A stretch of 63,624 bases of DNA, the filler included, from Collodictyon triciliatum (Eukaryota), in NCBI GenBank assembly GCA_043381765.1. It is 4 parts of 4 records of this genome, joined end to end, with 100 filler letters (N's around TTAATTAATTAA, not from the genome) between each part and the next. Parts side by side here need not be neighbours in the genome. Positions count along the whole stretch, not along the records: positions 47,848 to 63,624 come from JBHJMP010001635.1; 3 more parts are not named here. One strand, 5' to 3'. This document shows, piece after piece, positions 59,057 through 63,624 of the stretch; within the stretch, counting starts at the first letter, position 1, and every line of letters starts with the position of its first letter. The notes under the pieces were generated by a model, which worked only from the letters and a program-made list of their open reading frames with translations, was not told the DNA's origin and made no database searches. A program made the position numbers and the translations under genes.

Positions 59057-61112
59057 ATGGCTTCGTCCATCATTGTTCTTCAATACGCCGATCTCGTTGC
59101 CGGAAAGGATCTCACAAAAGAAATCGAACTCGCATACGGCGGCAGCGGACTTGGAATCCTCCTTGTTGCTGGCATCCCAGATGTCCCTCAATTGCGCGCC
59201 GATTTGCTCAAACTGGGCCAGCGGTTCTACAAGCTTGTATGACGCTGCGTCACTTCACAGAACATACTCGCAGTCAATATGCACATATTTTTTTCAATTG
59301 GATAAAATGAAGCAAAATAATCTATAATTTTTAACGAGAAGGTTGCATTGTTAAGACTATTTAATTTATTCGTTAATATGCCCTTGCAAAGCCCGATGAA
59401 GTGAAGGCAAAGTACGAGTCACCCGATACAAGCTACTCATTTGGTTGGAGCTTAGGAAAGGAGAAGATGAAAGATGGAAAACCAGGTATTCCTTTAGTGT
59501 TTTCACATATTGAATCGCGGGCATAAGGAATAGCTTATCAATACCACTTTAATCATATTTTGTGTGTATCTTAACTAATTAATTGAACTCTTATCCTCAC
59601 TCTAATTGGCATCCCACGCACAGAGAGCATAGTTATTTATTTGAAACTATAGTTCAAAGCAAGGTTAACACACCCTTCATCATTTTTTCTTTTGGGTTGG
59701 TGGCAGATTTCTTCAAGGGCTCGTACTATAACAATCCCACCGTAGATGTGCCCACTACCGACCCTGAGCTTATTGCAAAATATCCCGAGAGTTGTCACCC
59801 AAATATCTGGCCGACAGAGGAAATCCCCGAACTTCAAGTTGCGTTCAAAGCCATGGGAAGAGTGGTGACTGATGTTGGGTAAGAAGAGTGTATATACCCA
59901 ATATTTTTAATGGCCATACTTCGCCTCTTTTGAGTTCATTTATCCATTAATATAGTCTCATGTATAGTCGAAATGATGCCATTTCATCCTAATAGAGTCT
60001 TGGTTGCCTCGCAATGCGATGCGTTCGTACATTCTAAAGTTCCGTCGTATCCTTTGAGAAAGGTAAATTACCTTCTGATGTCTCTTCCAAAGACGATCAG
60101 TTTATACATAACCTAAGGACAAATAATAAGAATGTTTTTTTCTGTGCTCTACTATCCCCTCATAAAATTGGACATAGGCCGCCAATGCACTGCAGGATTC
60201 TCTGTGCCACAAATCCCGTTTGCTATATTACTTGTCCATCAACCAGGAGTTATCCAAGGAAGAGCAAGACTCATGGTGTGGCTGGCACTTGTGAGTCTAA
60301 TACCTCATATCATCCGCATTTCCAGACATGTTATGAATATTTATTTGAAGATGACGGATACGCTGTTCTGGAGCACAACCAAGGAAGAACAGTCGGACTG
60401 ATGCATCTACCTTTGGTATTCATGTACATAGTGACCACTCTATCCTGACGGGACTCGTCCCAGCCATGTTCCAGAGCGATTCCAGCGAGGATGAGATTCC
60501 CGGCCCAGACCCGGAAGCGGGCCTTTATATCGAGGACTGGGAGGGCAACGTTGTGCAGGTGGGGTTTCTTCTTTTATATATACTCTTTGCCCCTTTCTAT
60601 CTTTCCATATGAGCATACTACAGTTTATTCCATGCTTCTCTTCCGCCCAAACTTACAAAACATTTTATGTCCCTTTGGATAATATCTGTTAAATCCTATT
60701 ATATCTCAATTAGATGAAAGTCCCCAAGGACTGCCTTGCTTTTCAAATGGGTCAAACGCTGCAAGTATTGACGGGTGGAAGACTCAAGGCCACAAACCAC
60801 TGTGTTCGCGTATGAAGTCATCTTTTTGTTTTGTCGCTTGCAAGAAATACTATGCCGCAAACGCTGTACGTGCTTATCTGCCTCTATCTTTCCTTTTTCT
60901 TCGACTTGCTTCCTCCTTATGCAAAGTCGCTCGGCTGGCCACTCAGCAAAGGCATTTCAAGAACCACATTCGCCACTTTCTTGGAACCTACTTGGGACAC
61001 ACCCGTGGATATTCCCGAGGGCACAGACCCAAAGAACGTTGGAGTCCGCCAGTGGCAGCCTGGGATGGACTTTGGGGCCTTCAGCGCAGCTACATACACC
61101 CTCTACTATTGA
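59057..61112 (+). CDS. 2-oxoglutarate/Fe(II)-dependent oxygenase (DIOX_N/IPNS-like family)
   Basis: AYGGSGLGILLVAGIP, SYSFGWSLGKEK, KGSYYNNP, PNIWP, WCGWHFDHSILTGL (HxD), AFQMGQTLQVLTGGRLKATNHCV (distal His), SRTTFATFLEP. Confidence 0.92.
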
Positions 61113-61316
61113 CCAACAATAACATGAAATCAAACAAAGAAAAATCACTTGAATGTCTTTCCAAACACCAAATGAACTGGATTTGAGAGTCGATTGCTTC
61201 TTTCCTTTGCTTTTTTTTTTCCGCACCCCAATTCGATAAGTAAAGAGAGTGTTATGAGCCACGCACTGAATAAGTGATATGAGGTATGTGCGAGCACACC
61301 CCAAAGGCTTTTTGGT

Positions 61317-63624
<2,308 letters not shown>

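Overview
Intron-rich, AT-rich eukaryotic (protist-like) genomic DNA using the standard genetic code. The window is four separate scaffolds (1-15950, 16051-31856, 31957-47747, 47848-63624) joined by artificial N44-TTAATTAATTAA-N44 linkers, so adjacency across linkers is meaningless. Manually spliced genes include: a giant NLR-like STAND protein (CH + DUF4062 + NACHT + TPR + pentapeptide + WD40 + Sel1-like), a RING/B-box/coiled-coil/NHL protein, RNF220, an SVOP-like MFS transporter, Treslin/TICRR, phosphofructokinase, a PHO80-type cyclin, an LRR protein, a receptor TKL kinase, a Cys-rich GPI-type surface protein, Sec1/Munc18, a 2OG-Fe(II) oxygenase and an ALDH3. There are also two inverted LINE 3' ends and many intronic microsatellites. 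The most striking feature is in the 3' part of the LRR gene (40267-41090): ten consecutive AG|NNN|GT units, i.e. candidate single-codon micro-exons. Each encodes a different amino acid (D,V,F,N,M,T,R,I,S,Y), and the array sits exactly where the LRR consensus needs one variable residue. All gene models are manual and lack transcript support; family assignments come from recalled motifs, not database searches.
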